This document shows positions 36,999 through 49,336 of a stretch of 64,000 nucleotides of DNA, in pieces. Under the pieces are notes generated by a model, which did not search any database, was not told the origin of the DNA, and worked only from the letters and a program-made list of their open reading frames with translations. Source of the stretch: Selaginella moellendorffii (lineage: Eukaryota > Plantae > Lycopodiophyta). The translations under genes were made by a program, and so were the position numbers. Location: the NCBI RefSeq assembly GCF_000143415.4, contig NW_003314269.1, positions 2,363,544 through 2,427,543 on the forward strand. Direction: 5' to 3'. How positions within the stretch are numbered: the stretch's first letter is position 1; every line of letters begins with the position of its first letter.

Positions 36999-39900
36999 CT
37001 CTGTGTTTTGTAGAGAGCGGCTTGTACCAGTTATTGTCTGATCTGTGCATTCGTATATTGTACCATCCGGTGTGGCGGCCCTTGCAAGGCTACTGATACT
37101 CCAGATTCTAAATTCTGGATTGGAGGCGATGCACTGTGAGAGATTATAACTGATCTTTTCTGCTTGAAAGGAGTATGCGGTCTAGAATTCAATCACTAAA
37201 TTATTTGGCTGGGCCAATAGGGCATGAAAAGGTGCTATACAAGGTTGGGGAGCTTGTTTACATCTTGAATTTTCAAAGGCAATGTGATGAAGGTGGTAAT
37301 CACAATATTATAGAGAAAATGCTGGATGAGCCGTGAATGTGGCTAGTGATAGACAGGAAGCAGAAGACACCTTTAATTTGTAGCTGTCAAGTTCTTTTGG
37401 TTTCCTCAACTATTGATGGAATGTTCCAGCTTCCCTCCAGATCGTGACTTTTGGTTAGTTTTACTTTGTCTCTTCTACTTTTTTATGTGTGAATAAGAGA
37501 GCAATGCCCATATATATATATGTGAGTGCATGGAATATAGAAAAGGAATACAGAAATGTGCATATCAATTAGCCCAAAAACTATAGCTTATATATAGGAG
37601 CGAGTGGTCCGGATTGAAACCAATCCGACGGCTACTAAAATCCCACTACGCTAATATTAGTATATGGCATCGTAGCCATACACTTGGCCCTCACATCATC
37701 CCTTCCTCTCGGAATAATGGAAGGCCGTCAGGATTCTCTTGTAGATGGGCCGGGATTTGGAAGAACATCAGGAGGAAGCATCGGTGAATTTGTAGACGGT
37801 ATTAACTGCTCCTGATCCCTTTGTATGAAGTGTTTTAACCGCTGCACATGCACAATCTCCAGAGGATCGATCTGCTGAACGTCATGCCGAACCTCATAAA
37901 CTTGTGGTCCAACTTGCCGCAACACCCGATACGGTCCTTTCCACTGCCCAAGGAGCCCCTTAGATAAACCACGGACCGTAAGATGGGGAAAACGGACTAA
38001 CACCAAATCATCCACTTTGTACTTCGCAGGTGGACGATGATAGGAATTGTAGCGTCATTGTTGTCCCACTTGTATGCGGCCTAAGTGTTCAGCAAACTCT
38101 GCTCGGACAAGTGGAAGAATGCTTGTCAAATATTGATCCCATGACCTAGCATCAGGAGCTCGTGGCAATCGCGAAGGTAAACCCAGCTCTGTTGGTAATA
38201 TTGGATCATGACCATATAGAAGTTTATATGGTGAAGCACCAACAGAACTCTGCACCCCTGTGATATAAGCATAGCGAAGAGACGGCAAATAACCATCCCA
38301 ATCCGAATGCTGAAAGTTCACATATTTCGCAATCATCCCTTTGAATGTTTAAACGAGCCGTTCCACCAGACCATCTGATTGTGGATGATAAGCACTCTTA
38401 AAAGTGTGGCGTATCCCCAACCGAGATGTCAAAACATGAAATACCTCAGCCATAAATGCAGGACCATTATCCGAAAGAATCCGCTCTGGACAAGAATGCT
38501 GGAACACCACTCGATTGAGGAGGAAGTATCCAACAGCAGTTGCAAAGGCACTAGCAAGAGCACCAACTTCCACCCAACGAGTCAAGTAGTCAAAAGCAAT
38601 AATAACATACTCATTGCCAGTAGTCGATCGTGGAAAAGGTCCCATAAGATCAAATGCCACCAACTCAAATGGACGAGAAACTGCAATTGACTCCAACCGT
38701 CCTTCCGCAACACAAAAAGGAGTATTACGAGCTTGGCACCAAATGCAGCTACGCACATATAATATCACGTCACATCTCTGGCCAATAGAAAGATCTACGC
38801 AGCTTTTCGGTGACACGACGGTGTCCCATATGCCCACCTAGAACAGGAGAATCATGGTAGGCATGGAGAAACCGTGGAATAAACACCGAAGGCACCACTA
38901 GCCGTAAATGATCATTAGGATCTATCCCCACAAAATAAAGAAGGCCATCTTCAAGGCGATATTGAGAATGTAAATGCCGGAAAGGCAAGTCATCAGCAAG
39001 TGATGCAGGATTCTCAAACCCATCTCGAAACCTTCAAATCCACAGCTCAATCTTTTGAGCCTCGCGAACCTCATCAAGAGAAGGTAGATCTTGCTCTGCG
39101 CCCTGTGGACACTGAACGTCAAGGACAGCAACCGCCGACGGCACAGAATCCTCATCTAGAAAATCCACAGATGCTGGAACAACAGGTTCGTCAGAAACAT
39201 GAGAAATGAGTGGAGAAGGAAGAGGAGCTCGAGAAAGGGCATCAGCATCAGCCATAGAACTCTCTGGGCGATGAACAACATCGAAATCATATATCTAAAG
39301 CTTCAAAGCCCATCGAGCCGTATGACCAACCAGGTTCTTCCGCTTCAATAATGAAGTAACAGCAACATGGTCATCTTCAAGTAACGTCCGAAAACCATGT
39401 AGATATGTATGAAGTTTCTCGAAACCCCAGACTGCTGCTAAACACTCCTCCGTCGTGGAGTAGTTCATCTCCGCTGGTTATAATGTACGGCTTATGTATG
39501 TAATGGGATGGCGCTGACTAGGCACACTCGAGCTCTCTTGCATCAACACACCTCCAAGACCAATGTCAAAAGCATCCACGCGCAAAATAAAAGGTCGAGT
39601 GTAGTCAGGATATGCCAAAACCGGAGGAGTCGTCAATAGCTCTTTGAGATTCACGAACGCCCACTCATAATCCGGAGACCAAATGAAAGATGACGTTGAT
39701 GACTTCAGCAACGCTCGCAATGGTATAGTGCGATCGGAAAGATGATCCACAAAACGACCGAGATACTACACCTTACCCAAAAAGCGCTGCACATCATTCA
39801 CACATTTCGGAGTAGAGAACTTCAGAACAGCCACAAGTTTGTCAAGATCAACTTGCAAACCCTCACGAGAAATACGGTACCCAAGATAAGTTGTGTCCTT

Positions 39901-41004
39901 GGACCCAAACACGCACTTTGACCGCTTCAGCTTTAAACCAACGTCGCGTAGCCGATCCAACACTTTACAAACATCACGAACGTGCTCCTCCCACGTCCCC
40001 TCCGAGTGGATCAAGACATCATCAATGAAGTCAGCCGTCATCTCTGGCATATCGCAAAGAACCTTGTCCATCATCCGTTGAAAAGTTGCTGGAGCATTGT
40101 TCAAACAAAATGGCATTACCAAGAACTCGTACAAACCAAATGGTGTATGAAAAGCAGTTTTAGGAATATCTTCTTTGGCCATCGGTACTTGCCAATACCC
40201 AGAAGCAAGATCTAGCTTGGTAAACCAACGATTTCGCCCCAGACGATCCAAGAGATCAGCAGTGTGAGGAAGAGGGTACACGTCCGGGATCGTCACTTCA
40301 TTTAACAGACAATAGTCGATGCAGAAACGAATACTCCCATCAGGTTTCGTCACAAGATGAGGTTCACATGCCCAAGGACTCTGCGACTTCCGAATAACAC
40401 CCTTCTCCAACATCTCCTTGACATTTGCACGTAAATCTTGATCTCCTTGGGTGACCGACGATGAACAGGAACCTTGATTGGACGAGCATCCCCTGTTGGA
40501 ATGGGATGACGTGTGGCAATCTTGGCCCCAAACGATAGGTCAAATTCAAAGATATTATAATACTCCTTCATGAGCTGGTCAACAGCTGCAACACAAAGAT
40601 TATCGGAGGGATCAGAAAAGGGAAGAGCAGAACAAGATGGAAACACAAGAGGAAACAGTGGGGAAACAAAAGTAATGGAAGCAGAGGTAGAAGTAGAGGG
40701 ACAAAGAGGTACAGAAGTGAGAGGAATGGATGAAACATAAGGAAGTATGAGACAAGGGGGAGAAGCCTCAAAATCACACTTGGCATGATTGCGCTGCAAC
40801 CAATCCATACCAAGAATGAGGTCAAAAGCTTGACTCGGCACCACCCGCAACGACTGCAACTCAAGCTCGAGATCGCCCACACGCACAACCAGGTCCGCCT
40901 CATCTCGTGCACTGTAAGGAACCAACTCGCCGAGGTGTCGTAGGCTAAGGGAACCCCGAAAGCATGACCAAAATGACAAAGAGTTCATCGGATGGGACCA
41001 AGTC

Positions 41005-41280
41005 AAAGATCGAGTCCAAGACCGACTCTAGGACCGAGTTCGAGATAGAGTCCGGAATCGAGCCCAAGACCGACTCGGGGACCGAGTTCGAGTCCGAGTT
41101 CGAGACCGAGTTCGAGACGGAGTCCGAGATCCGAAATCGGGTCCGAGACCGAGTCCGAAGTCGAGTCCGAGGTCGGGCCCGAGATCGGGTCCGAGATCGA
41201 GTCCGCGATCGAGTCTGAGACCGAATCCGAAGTCGGATCCGAAATCGGATCCGAGATCGAGCCAGAGACTAAGTCCAAAT
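41005..41280. repeat. Degenerate hexamer array (CCGAGT/CCGAGA/TCGAGT) in the E2 LTR, also at about 47390-47664
   Basis: Direct inspection, roughly 45 hexamer units per LTR. Confidence 0.9.
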
Positions 41281-42119
41281 ACTAATACGGGTCAAGGGGT
41301 GAAAGCCCAAAGCGTGCATCCCCCAGGGGGGGGGGGCTGCAGGGGGTTCCAAAAGTATAGTAGGGATAGTGAGGTCCAGGAACCAGTTTTGAAGGGACTC
41401 TCCAGTTGGGCTTCCAAACCGACTTGAGGTTGGGACTGGGACTAAGGGGCCTTGGGTGGGAGTGAGCATGGACTTGGCTGGTGCCGGAGGGGCCATCCAA
41501 GGAAGTGCTCAAGAGCAGCTCCCACTCCCGAAAGGGAAACCGATTGCGGTGCTCCCGGCTCATGTGGAGTGGTGCCCCACTTGAGTACCATGCGGCTCAT
41601 TGGTCCTCGCCCTTCCTAGGGGCTTGGGCCTTCCTTCGGGATGGAAATGGGGGGCGAGAGGTACCCATACCGGGCCGTTAGGCCACGGTGTTTCGCCCCG
41701 GCGTCCCGAAGCAAGTGTTGCACTCAAGACTTGGGATTTAGAGGGTCCCATGATCAAGTCTTGTGGTACCAAGGGATGTTAGGAACCTGGAAGCTTGGTG
41801 TGCTTGGCTGCTTGTGCTTGTGGGGAGTGTAGCCGAACCTTAAGTCCAGTCTAACCCGGGGAGGGGGATTGGGAGTGATTTGGGAATCCGTGGAAGGATG
41901 GCTAACACTCCGTTGCTCGTCCAGTGAGTAGCTGAAACCAAGTAGGAGCTGGTACCATAGGCGAGAACCTTGGCAAGGGAACCTAGCAAAAGCCAAGGCA
42001 GTGTTGGACGGATAGACGAGGTAAGCTGGCAAATTGGAAAGGAAAAAATTGTGGCTTACAATTTGGTATCGGAGCCTTTTCCTCAGTTCTAGCGAAGGAT
42101 AGAGGCGGATTGCTGGGAG

Positions 42120-45100
42120 ATGGCAAGGGCAGGGCGTAAGCGAACCCAGGCGGAGACGGAACCTCTGCCAGAGCTGGAGCCTCCGGTCAAACAAGAGGCT
42201 ATGGATGAGGAATCCTTGCATGAGGAGGACTCCAGTGAGGAAACCTCCAAACAGGAGTCCGGTGGCGAGGTTCGGTCGTCCAAGGCTCGATTGGACGTGC
42301 TAGAAGGACAGTTGGCACAGACCAATGCCCTGCTGGAAACTCTCGTACGCAAGCTAAAGCGTGACGAGAGGCGGAAGAAAAAGAAAAAGACTGCGGATGC
42401 TGGCAGCGCAGAAGGTGCGGATCTTTCGGCCGGGACTGAGGCAAAACCAGACAAGGTCGAACAGACTGAAGTGGAATCAGTCCCTCAGGCAGTTCCCAAG
42501 TACAAACCAAAGCCCCCACCGGTCTTCAAGGGAGTGAATGACTATAAGGTGGTGGAGGATTGGTTTTACGATATGGAGGACTACTTCCGAGCGTTGCGGT
42601 TACCAAGCTCGGAGAAGGTCCCATGTGCAAAACCATACTTGGCAGATAATGCCAAGTCTTGGTGGAGAACAACGGAGGCCAACGAAGGACCGGTGGTCAC
42701 TTGGGACATGATGAAGGCGAGGATCCGCGCAACATATGTTCCTCCGAATGCCACTCTGCATCTGAGGGATGAACTGAGTAGGCTGAAACAGACAGGAACC
42801 ATCCAGGAATATGTGAATGGGTTCATGGCAAAGAGGATACTTGTCACGGACATGGGGGATATGGATGCGTTCCATGCCTTCATATCAGGTTTGCAAACCT
42901 GGGCTCGCGGCGAGGTGATGAGGTGGAACCCGACCAACTACAAGGAAGCGTTGGATGCGGCCATCAAGGTGCATTTCAACGATAACCTGCGAAAGGGGAA
43001 CACGACGGGGTCGGGATCCACATTTAGCAAAGGGGCCAAACCAAGGGGAACGTATAGCAAGGGGAAATTCAAAAGGAGTTTCTCTAAGAATGAGTCCTCG
43101 GGGTTCCGGAAAGGCAAATCCGGTGGCCAGCGAGCGAGTACGTGGGGGAGTCAAGCGAAAAAGGACAAACCCACGGATAAGAAGGTCAAGTCGTATAGCA
43201 GCGTGGGAAACAACGTATGCTACAACTGCGGCGAAGCGGGACACTTCTCGAGGGAATGTCCCTACCCGAAGAAGGCCAGAGCCAATATGGCCATCAAGTC
43301 GGGTGAAGTCCAAACTGAGGTATGTGATCCAGTCCCTAACTCAAAGTTACTCATTACACGAGCAACTTTGGTAGAGAGTCGTTCGCGACATCTACTAGCC
43401 CTCCGAGGGAAGCTCGGAGGTAGCTTTGTTAAGATCCTTATTGACACGGGTGCTTCGGATAATTTTGTGGCTGCAGACATAGTCCGGCAAGCCGGACTAA
43501 CGGTGCAGCGGCTAGGCGAACCAAGGACTATAGAGTTTGTTCAGGGTAGCCAAAGCACCGATGAGGTACTTCGACAAGCGAGAGTCGAAGTGGGGACATG
43601 GAAAGTGGACATGGATTTCACCGTCTTGGATATGGCGGGATTTGACGTGATCTTCAGAATGGATTGGTTTAATCGGTTCGTGGTAGCCCTGCATGGACAA
43701 GGTAGGAACCTTGTGGTATTGGCGAATGCCCAAGGAAGAAGATCTAGGGTGGAGGCCCAGGATCTAAAGGTAGGGCAAAGCAAGGCCAAAGAGTCATGCT
43801 TGAACCTAGTGTCCACGAGAGGACAACTCACTAAAGGAACTAAGGCAGCCTTTTTGTGCTTACTCTCGGTGAAGAGTGACAAAAAGACAAGAACGGAAGA
43901 AGTGCCTTTAGTGATCCAGCGAGTGTTGGACCAATTCCAGGATACCATGCTGGAGGAGCTACCGGCGGGGTTGCCCCCCGCACGACCGATAGAACATAAG
44001 ATTGAGCTTGTCGAGGGCGCTGAGGCGGTGGTTCGTCCCCCCTATCGTTTGAACGAAAAAGAACTCAAGGAGCTCAAGTGCCAACTAGAGGAGTTGGTGG
44101 GCAAAGGGTATGTTAGGTTGAGCAAGTCGCCGTATGGGGCGCCGGTATTATTTGTGAAAAAGAAAGATGGATCTATGCGCATGTGCATAGATTACCGGTT
44201 GCTCAACAAGTATACCAAGAAGAACAAGTACCCGTTGCCAAGGATTGAGGACCTGTTCGATAGGTTGGGAAAGGCAAAATACTTCTCGAGGATTGACCTA
44301 AGGTCAGGATACTACCAGATCAGGGTAGCCGAGGAAGATGTCGAGAAGACAACCTGTCGAACGAGGTATGGGAGCTTTGAGTTTTTGGTGATGCCCTTTG
44401 GGCTGTGCAATGCACCGGCAACGTTTTCGGCGTTGATGAACCACATCTTTGTACCCTATCTGGATCACTTTGTGGTCGTCTATATTGACGACATCCTGAT
44501 CTATAGCGAAACGCTAGAGGAGCATGCCGAACACTTGGCGAAGGTGTTTGAGAAACTAAGGGAACATAAACTGTATGCTAAAGAGAGCAAATGTGACTTT
44601 GCTTAGCAAGAGGTAAAGTTTCTCGGGCATGTGGTGGGCCAGGACGGGCTCAAGGTGGACCCGGAGAAGGTCCAAGCGATCCAGGAATGGGAGCGACCAT
44701 CGAATGTACATGAGTTGAGGGCGTTCTTGGGGCTATGCAACTACTATCGAAAGTTTATCAGACACTATTCGAGAGTAGCCCTGCCCTTAACGGATCAAAC
44801 GGGAAAAGGGAAGATGGTATGGACAGCGGAATGCGAGGCGGCATTCATCCACCTCAAAGGGAAGTTGAGGAAGGCTCCGGTGTTGGCATTACCGGACTTT
44901 GGTAAGGACTTTGAGGTAGACACGGATGCTTCGGACTTTGCGTTAGGCGCAGTTTTGAAGCAAGACAACCATCCAGTAGCGTTCTTCTCAAAGAAGCTGG
45001 ACAAGGCTCAACGGAAGTGGCCTGCCCACGAGAAGGAATTGTTTGCGGTGGTCAAGGCGCTCAAGGAGTGGCGACACTACCTTGGGAGACACTTCAAGGT

Positions 45101-46892
45101 TTACACGGACAATGTGGCAACGAAACACTTCTTGTCACAACCCGACCTGAGAGGGAAACAAGGTCGGTGGGCCAATGCCTTGGCCGAGTTTGATTGCGAG
45201 ATTCTGTACAAGCCTGGGAAGAGCAACATCGTGGCAGATGCGCTAAGTCGAAAAGCGAGCTTGAGGTTGGCGATCTCCAGCGCAACAGCAACCTTCTGGG
45301 ACGATGTGCGGACAGCATATGAGAATGATGGTCTAGCACAAGAAGTGTTGTTGAGGAATCTGGAGGCACAGGAAGCTCACCAGAGAGGTGAGCTGCCAAC
45401 GGAAGAGAAAACGGGCTATGCGGAACGCAATGGACTCATTTATTACAAGCAAACAAGGGTGTATGTTCCAGAAGGTGGATTAAGGAAGGTAGCCTTAGAA
45501 GAGTGTCATGACGGACCTCTTGCGGGACACGGCGGAGTGCCCAAGACGATGGGCTTACTCAAGAGGAAGTACCATTGGCCAGATATGGCTAAGGACGTCC
45601 AAGACTATGTAAAGACATGTCCAACATGTCAGCAGGTCAAAGCCGTGACTAAGGCTAGTGGGGGCTTGTTGCAAAGCATCCCAATTCCAGATCGTCCGTG
45701 GAAATGTCTCACGATGGACTTCATCACGGGACTACCCCCAAGCGAGGGGTTCGATGCGATATTCGTGGTGGTGGACCAATTTTCGAAGATGGCACATTTC
45801 ATACCCACCACAACGGAGGTGGATGCGGAAGGTGTGGCGAAACTGTTCTTCGAACAAGTGGTTCGAGTGCGGGGAAGGCCAGAGGAGATTATCTCAGATC
45901 GAGATAAGATCTTCACTAGTAGGTTCTGGAGGACCCTCCTGGAACAGTATCGCACCAAGTTGAAATTCAGCACAGCCTATCACCCACAGACAGGTATGGG
46001 GTATTAAGTCAAGTTTGGTGGTCCTAACACTTCTTGACAGACGGACAAACGGAAAGGGTGAATAGGCAGCTGGAGGATTATTTGCGATGCTATGTCTCGG
46101 GAGACCAGACCGATTGGGTAAGTCATTTGGGACTTGCGGAAATGTATTATAACAACTCACCACATTCGAGTATCGGGGTGAGTCCATGGGAAGTCATCAA
46201 TGGGCGAGCTATTGAAGGTCCTGTGGAACTCGGCGTGGCCGAGTATCATGGAGAGTTACCCGCAGTGGAGGCATTCACGGCGGAAAGACTCAACATTTGG
46301 AATCTAGTGAGGGATTCCTTGGAACGGGCTCAACAAAGGCAAACCAAGTACGCGAACCTAAAGCGCCGGGACGTAGAGTTCCAAGCTGGGGAGAAGGTGT
46401 GGCTGAACACCAAGAACCTTAGGCTACCAAGTGGGATCAGCCGAAAGTTGACCCAAAGGTAAAAATGCATGTATTCCTGTAAATGAATTGATCTTGAGTT
46501 CCTTAAGCAGGTTCGCGGGGCCTTACGAGATTGAGGCACGAATCGGTAAAGTGGCTTACCGACTCCGACTTCCTCGAGAGATGGGGAAGATGCACCCAGT
46601 GTTCCATGTGAACTTACTCAAGCCGTACTTTGAGGATCCGCTTCGCAAAGACCAAGTAAGACCTTTACCTGAGGTTATCCAAGGGGAAGAGGAATACGAA
46701 GTCGAGGCCATCCTCAATGCGCGCAAGAGCAAGCGACAAGGACGCGAGGTGAGAGAGTTCCATGTGAAGTGAAAAGGATTTCCACACTGCGAAGCAACAT
46801 GGGAACCGGAGGAGAACCTAGCGAACGCGTGAGATCTAGTGGAGGAATTTCTGCAAGGCAGAACTCTATGTACTTATGCAAAGTTCAATTAA
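42120..46892 (+). pseudogene. E2 gag-pol: Gag, zinc knuckle, protease, RT, RNaseH, integrase, chromodomain; introns at 45994-46040 and 46459-46510; three premature stops
   Basis: [43 protein letters not shown] after splicing, KLTQR-FAGPY after splicing, and EYEVEAIL...ATWEPEENL. Stops at 44604 (TAG), 46770 (TGA) and 46830 (TGA). Confidence 0.9.
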
Positions 46893-49336
46893 AAATATCA
46901 ATTTGCAAAGTTGAGCAAGTGGCATATGTTGGGACCCGAAGGCGCGCCAAAGGTGAGCTAATTAGCATGGGTTAGCTAGGTCGACCAGGCGTAGGGAGCT
47001 ACGCCCGACTCCCTGCGGGGATGTCGAAACCGTAGACGTATTCTACAGAGGTTGGGTTCGAGTCCCAACCCCCTAGTAAAGCAAGGCTGGGTTCAAGTCC
47101 CGACCCCATACTAGGGCGTGGTGAGGGGAGGAGTATAGGGACACCTATATTCCGTTGTCATGAGCTCTTGGCCGGGGAGGCTAACTTAGGCACACCGCTA
47201 AGTGGGGGGATGCCCCCGGAGACATGGTCAACAAGTCGTAGGATAAAAAAGAGACGTTCGATGTGGGCATCGAACTTCTTCTATGGGTGGTGGAGTTGTA
47301 AGGAACCAACTCGCCGAGGTGTCGTAGGCTAAGGGAACCCCGAAAGCATGACCAAAATGACAAAGAGTTCATCGGATGGGACCAAGTCAAAGATCGAGTC
47401 CAAGACCGACTCTAGGACCGAGTTCGAGATAGAGTCCGGAATCGAGCCCAAGACCGACTCGGGGACCGAGTTTGAGTCCGAGTTCGAGACCGAGTTCGAG
47501 ACGGAGTCCGAGATCCGAAATCGGGTCCGAGACCGAGTCCGAAGTCGAGTCCGAGGTCGGGCCCGAGATCGGGTCCGAGATCGAGTCCGCGATCGAGTCC
47601 GAGACCGAATCCGAAGTCGGATCCGAAATCGGATCCAAGATCGAGCCAGAGACTAAGTCCAAATACTAATACGGGTCAAGGGGTGAAAGCCCAAAGCGTG
47701 CGTCCCCCAGGGGGGGGGGGGCTGCAGGGGGTTCCAAAAGTATAGTAGGGATAGTGAGGTCCAGGAACCAGTTTTGAAGGGACTCTCCAGTTGGGCTTCC
47801 AAACCGACTTGAGGTTGGGACTGGGACTAAGGGGCCTTGGGTGGGAGTGAGCATGGACTTGGCTGGTGCCGGAGGGGCCATCCAAGGAAGTGCTCAAGAG
47901 CAGCTCCCACTCCCGAAAGGGAAACCGATTGCGGTGCTCCCGGCTCATGTGGAGTGGTGCCCCACTTGAGTACCATGCGGCTCATTGGTCCTCGCCCTTC
48001 CTAGGGGCTTGGGCCTTCCTTCGGGATGGAAATGGGGGGCGAGAGGTACCCATACCGGGCCGTTAGGCCACGGTGTTTCGCCCCGGCGTCCCGAAGCAAG
48101 TGTTGCACTCAAGACTTGGGATTTAGAGGGTCCCATGATCAAGTCTTGTGGTACCAAGGGATGTTAGGAACCTGGAAGCTTAGTGTGCTTGGCTGCTTGT
48201 GCTTGCGGGGAGTGTAGCCGAACCTTAAGTCCAGTCTAACCCGGGGAGGGGGATTGGGAGTGATTTGGGAATCCGTGGAAGGATGGCTAACACTCCGTTG
48301 CTCGTGCAGTGAGTAGCTGAAACCAAGTAGGAGCTGGTACCATAGGCGAGAACCTTGGCAAGGGAACCTAGCAAAAGCCAAGGCAGTGTTGGACGGATAG
48401 ACGAGGTAAGCTGGCAAATTGGAAAGGAAAAAATTGTGGCTTACATGCACATGCATGTGTACGGCCATTGCCATAAAGAATGAAAACTAGATCCGCCGCA
48501 CGACGCAAGTGTAGACGACAACGTGTGGCAACAGGTCGAGCAATAGAAGATAAACTCGAACCTATATCAACCAACACGGAGAGAAGAATAGGAGACCTCT
48601 TGTTATAAAAACGAGCTTGGAAAGTAAACACTGGATGAACCGGTGCCGAGTGAACCCCTTGATAATACTCCCGAAAGAAAGATGAAGGGGTCACTAACTT
48701 ATTCGCGCAAGGTCCCTCCATTACTCGTGTGACTCCTTGTTTCCCGAATGCACCTTGGTATCCAAACCTTCCACCGCAGCAGCACTAACGGGACGTTGCT
48801 GATGCCAAGGTCTCCACCCAGGAAATGGAGGTCGCCAATCCGGAAAGCATTGACAATGCCGATAAGTATGACCAACTTCATCACATGCCCAGCAACGAAC
48901 ATCACGGCCACGACCACGTCCTCGCCCTTGTCCTTGGACTCGAGTAGCAGCAACATCAACCTCCATGGGAACAGGACCATCACTCATAGGAAGTGGAGCT
49001 GAAGGACGTGTAGCAAGAAGTGGAAGAGGCGACGTCTCATAACATTGTGCCAAGCGAAGAGCATCGTCAAGAGTGGCAGGAGCAAGTGCATGCACAAAGC
49101 CAACAAGATCTTGACGAAGTGCTGGCCACAACATTCCTAGCTTGATCTGCTCTGACATATTTGGCTCCGCACGAAGCAAAAGACTTCGGAAACGAATGCC
49201 AAATTGCATCACAGACTCAGATGGCCCTTGGCGAAGACGATGCAATTGTTGGAAGGCATCATCACAATCGTCAGCGTGTCCGAAGGCGCATTTGAAGACG
49301 TCTGGAAGAACACTCCAATCGCCACGAGTGGCTGCG

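Larger units (their letters stand above)
40913..48445 (+). mobile_element. Ty3/gypsy chromovirus E2 (Galadriel-like by motif), full length, nested in E1 protease
   Basis: LTRs at 40913-42060 and 47297-48445 (TGTAAG...CTTACA; about 7 substitutions and 1 indel by eye). TSD TGCAC (40908-40912, 48446-48450). tRNA-iMet PBS TGGTATCGGAGCC (42064-42076) and PPT GGGTGGTGGAGT. Confidence 0.96.

Noticed and set aside
40964-41278. RD/RV- or SE-repeat ORFs in the E2 LTRs, and a CRISPR-like look
   Set aside because: By-products of a stop-free hexamer array. There are no unique spacers and the context is eukaryotic.
44604-44612. Programmed readthrough at TAG CAA GAG
   Set aside because: It lies inside RT (KCDFA*QEV) where Gln is expected and lacks the full CARYYA context. 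A point mutation is simpler.
46858-46910. Possible fourth (GC-AG) intron after the chromodomain
   Set aside because: AT-rich and intron-sized, but the donor is weak and no conserved motif requires its removal.
47050-47105. tRNA genes
   Set aside because: Only T-arm-like hairpins; I could not identify a D-arm, anticodon arm or acceptor stem.
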